A stretch of DNA of 64,000 nt from Somniosus microcephalus (Eukaryota), in contig CM126209.1 of NCBI GenBank assembly GCA_052327205.1, positions 148,490,001-148,554,000 of the forward strand, in the 5' to 3' direction. Made by a program: the position numbers and the translations under genes. Position 1 is the stretch's first letter, and the number at the start of each line of letters is the position of its first letter. The notes beneath the pieces were generated by a model that searched no databases, was not told where the DNA came from, and worked only from the letters and a program-made list of their open reading frames with translations. Of this stretch, positions 62,526-64,000 are shown one piece after another.

Positions 62526-63595
62526 GGCCTGTAATTTGCGGCCTGTATGGGCGCATACATGTCCACAGTGGCCGCGCAAGTTCTGGGTTTTCGCGTGTGA
62601 AGCACATGCGTGAAAACCCAGAACTTGCGATCTGTCAAGAATCTTCTTGACAGATCCAATGCATCCCCATAAAAGAGCATCCACAGGCGGAGAATTGGGC
62701 TATTTGCCCAACTTCTGCCCAGCGAATGCCCATGAAATTCTTACGCCTGGCATAAGGCCTGCTTTTACCATCATAAGAGTTTTAAAAAAATGTAAAAATG
62801 TTTTTGAATCATTTAAACATTAAAAACCTGTGCAATAAGGTATGGCTACTTTAGCCCCTTTAAAACATTTAAATTTATTTTTCAAGAAATGAAAATTTTG
62901 TTTTAAATATTTAATTAAATGGCATTTTAATTAATTTTAAATATGTAATTTTTTAAAATTTGATGTGTACATGTATTTTTTGGAGTACAGGTAGACTACC
63001 CTTTATCCGAACTTCCGAAAACCGAAACCCTCTAAAAACCGAAGGTTTTTTCGTTCAGCGTAAGTCGTGCGCACGACCCCGACCCCCACCGCCGACCCCC
63101 CGCCGACCCCCCACCCTTTCGGATAAGGGATAGTGTATCCTTTATCCGCACTTCCGAAAACCGAAATCCTCTGAAAACCGAAAGGTTTTGTTCAGCGTAA
63201 GTCGTGCGCATGACCCCGACCGCCGACCCCCACCCCGACCCCCCGGCCAACCCCCGACCCCCTGCCGACCCCCAACCCCCACCCCCGACAAATTTCCCAG
63301 TCTTATAAAATACCTTCTGAAATCCGAAATTTTCCGAAAACCGAAACACGGCTGGTCCCGAGGTTTTCGGATAAAGGATAGTCTACCTGTATTGCCATTC
63401 ATGCTTATGGGGATTCCTTTCTGTCATTCGTTGGGCCGGCCCACGTGATCCCAGGGGTGCTTGGGACCCACGGGTACCTGGAGAGGCCTAAGATCGCGAA
63501 TCTCCGTACCTCCCAGACCACCAGGTACACGGGCATTTTATTTGTGGATCGGAGGCAATTTCCCGCGGGTAGCCTCCGACCACAATTTCAAGGCC
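62526..63595. mobile_element. Harbinger-type MITE inside CR1
   Basis: AAT[GGCCTGTAATTTGCGG...CCACAATTTCAAGGCC]ATT. Homologous to 37808. Confidence 0.82.
62988..63389. mobile_element. Tc1/mariner (Tigger/pogo-like) MITE, TA TSD
   Basis: TA[CAGGTAGACTACCCTTTATCCGAA...TTCGGATAAAGGATAGTCTACCTG]TA, with a 23/24 TIR match. Confidence 0.9.
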
Positions 63596-63750
63596 ATTTA
63601 GTTGATGGATAGAAACCAAGGAGTTCACAGACCAAGGGTGTTGCTTGGATTGGAGAAGGGTTGGAAGTGATGTTCCCGAAAGATCAGCGCTGGGTCCACT
63701 TGTGTTCTCAGTATATATAGATGATTCAGACTTGTGGTTAGGGAACACAA

Positions 63751-64000
63751 GGGGAAAAATTTGGTTGCTTTGCGTCTCCCGTTAGCGCAGCGGTAACCGT
63801 TAACGCCCCGCGACGCTGTGCCGCCGGTGATGACATCATCGGCGTGCACAGTGCCCTGCTGCGATCTTCGGTAGCACCTCCTGACTTACTGCCGGACGCT
63901 ATGTCCGACGGAGTCAGGGGGGGCCTACCTGCGGCCGGAGCAGCAGTATTTAAAGGTGAGGTGCCGGGCGGCCATTTTTGTTGCTGGCCACCTGCCTCCG
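63751..64000. mobile_element. Harbinger-type MITE running off the window end
   Basis: Starts GGGGAAAAATTTGG. GATGAC.TCAT.GG.GTGC.CAGTGCCC is shared with 31755-32439. Confidence 0.7.

Noticed and set aside
23510-64000. PPP3CA exon 3 (VCGDIHGQ...GDYVDRG)
   Set aside because: Not found by eye or in the ORF track. Presumably downstream of the window.

Overview
Vertebrate genomic DNA, almost certainly from a cartilaginous fish, judged from its shark-type CR1 LINEs, Deu-domain SINEs and Penelope elements. The window lies inside a calcineurin A gene (PPP3CA-like, + strand). Only the 201-bp exon 2 (23309-23509) is present, between an upstream intron of >23 kb and a downstream intron of >40 kb. The introns are packed with nested CR1, L2-like, Rex/Babar and Penelope retroelements, DeuSINEs and about 20 PIF/Harbinger-type elements. 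One Harbinger is apparently intact and autonomous (52482-57315): perfect 15-bp TIRs, an ATT target-site duplication (TSD), a 380-aa DDE transposase and a convergent, 3-exon, 651-aa Myb/SANT partner gene with coding tandem repeats. The most unexplained structure is a ~380-bp AT-rich inverted repeat with arms about 47 kb apart on either side of exon 2. Exon 2 itself would form a stop-free, endlessly translatable circle if back-spliced. Other oddities are biased middle-base mismatches in Harbinger TSDs, a splice-donor/anti-donor hairpin core shared by several MITE families, and decayed Penelope hammerhead ribozymes. Boundaries of old repeats are approximate. All family assignments come from motif recognition, not database searches.
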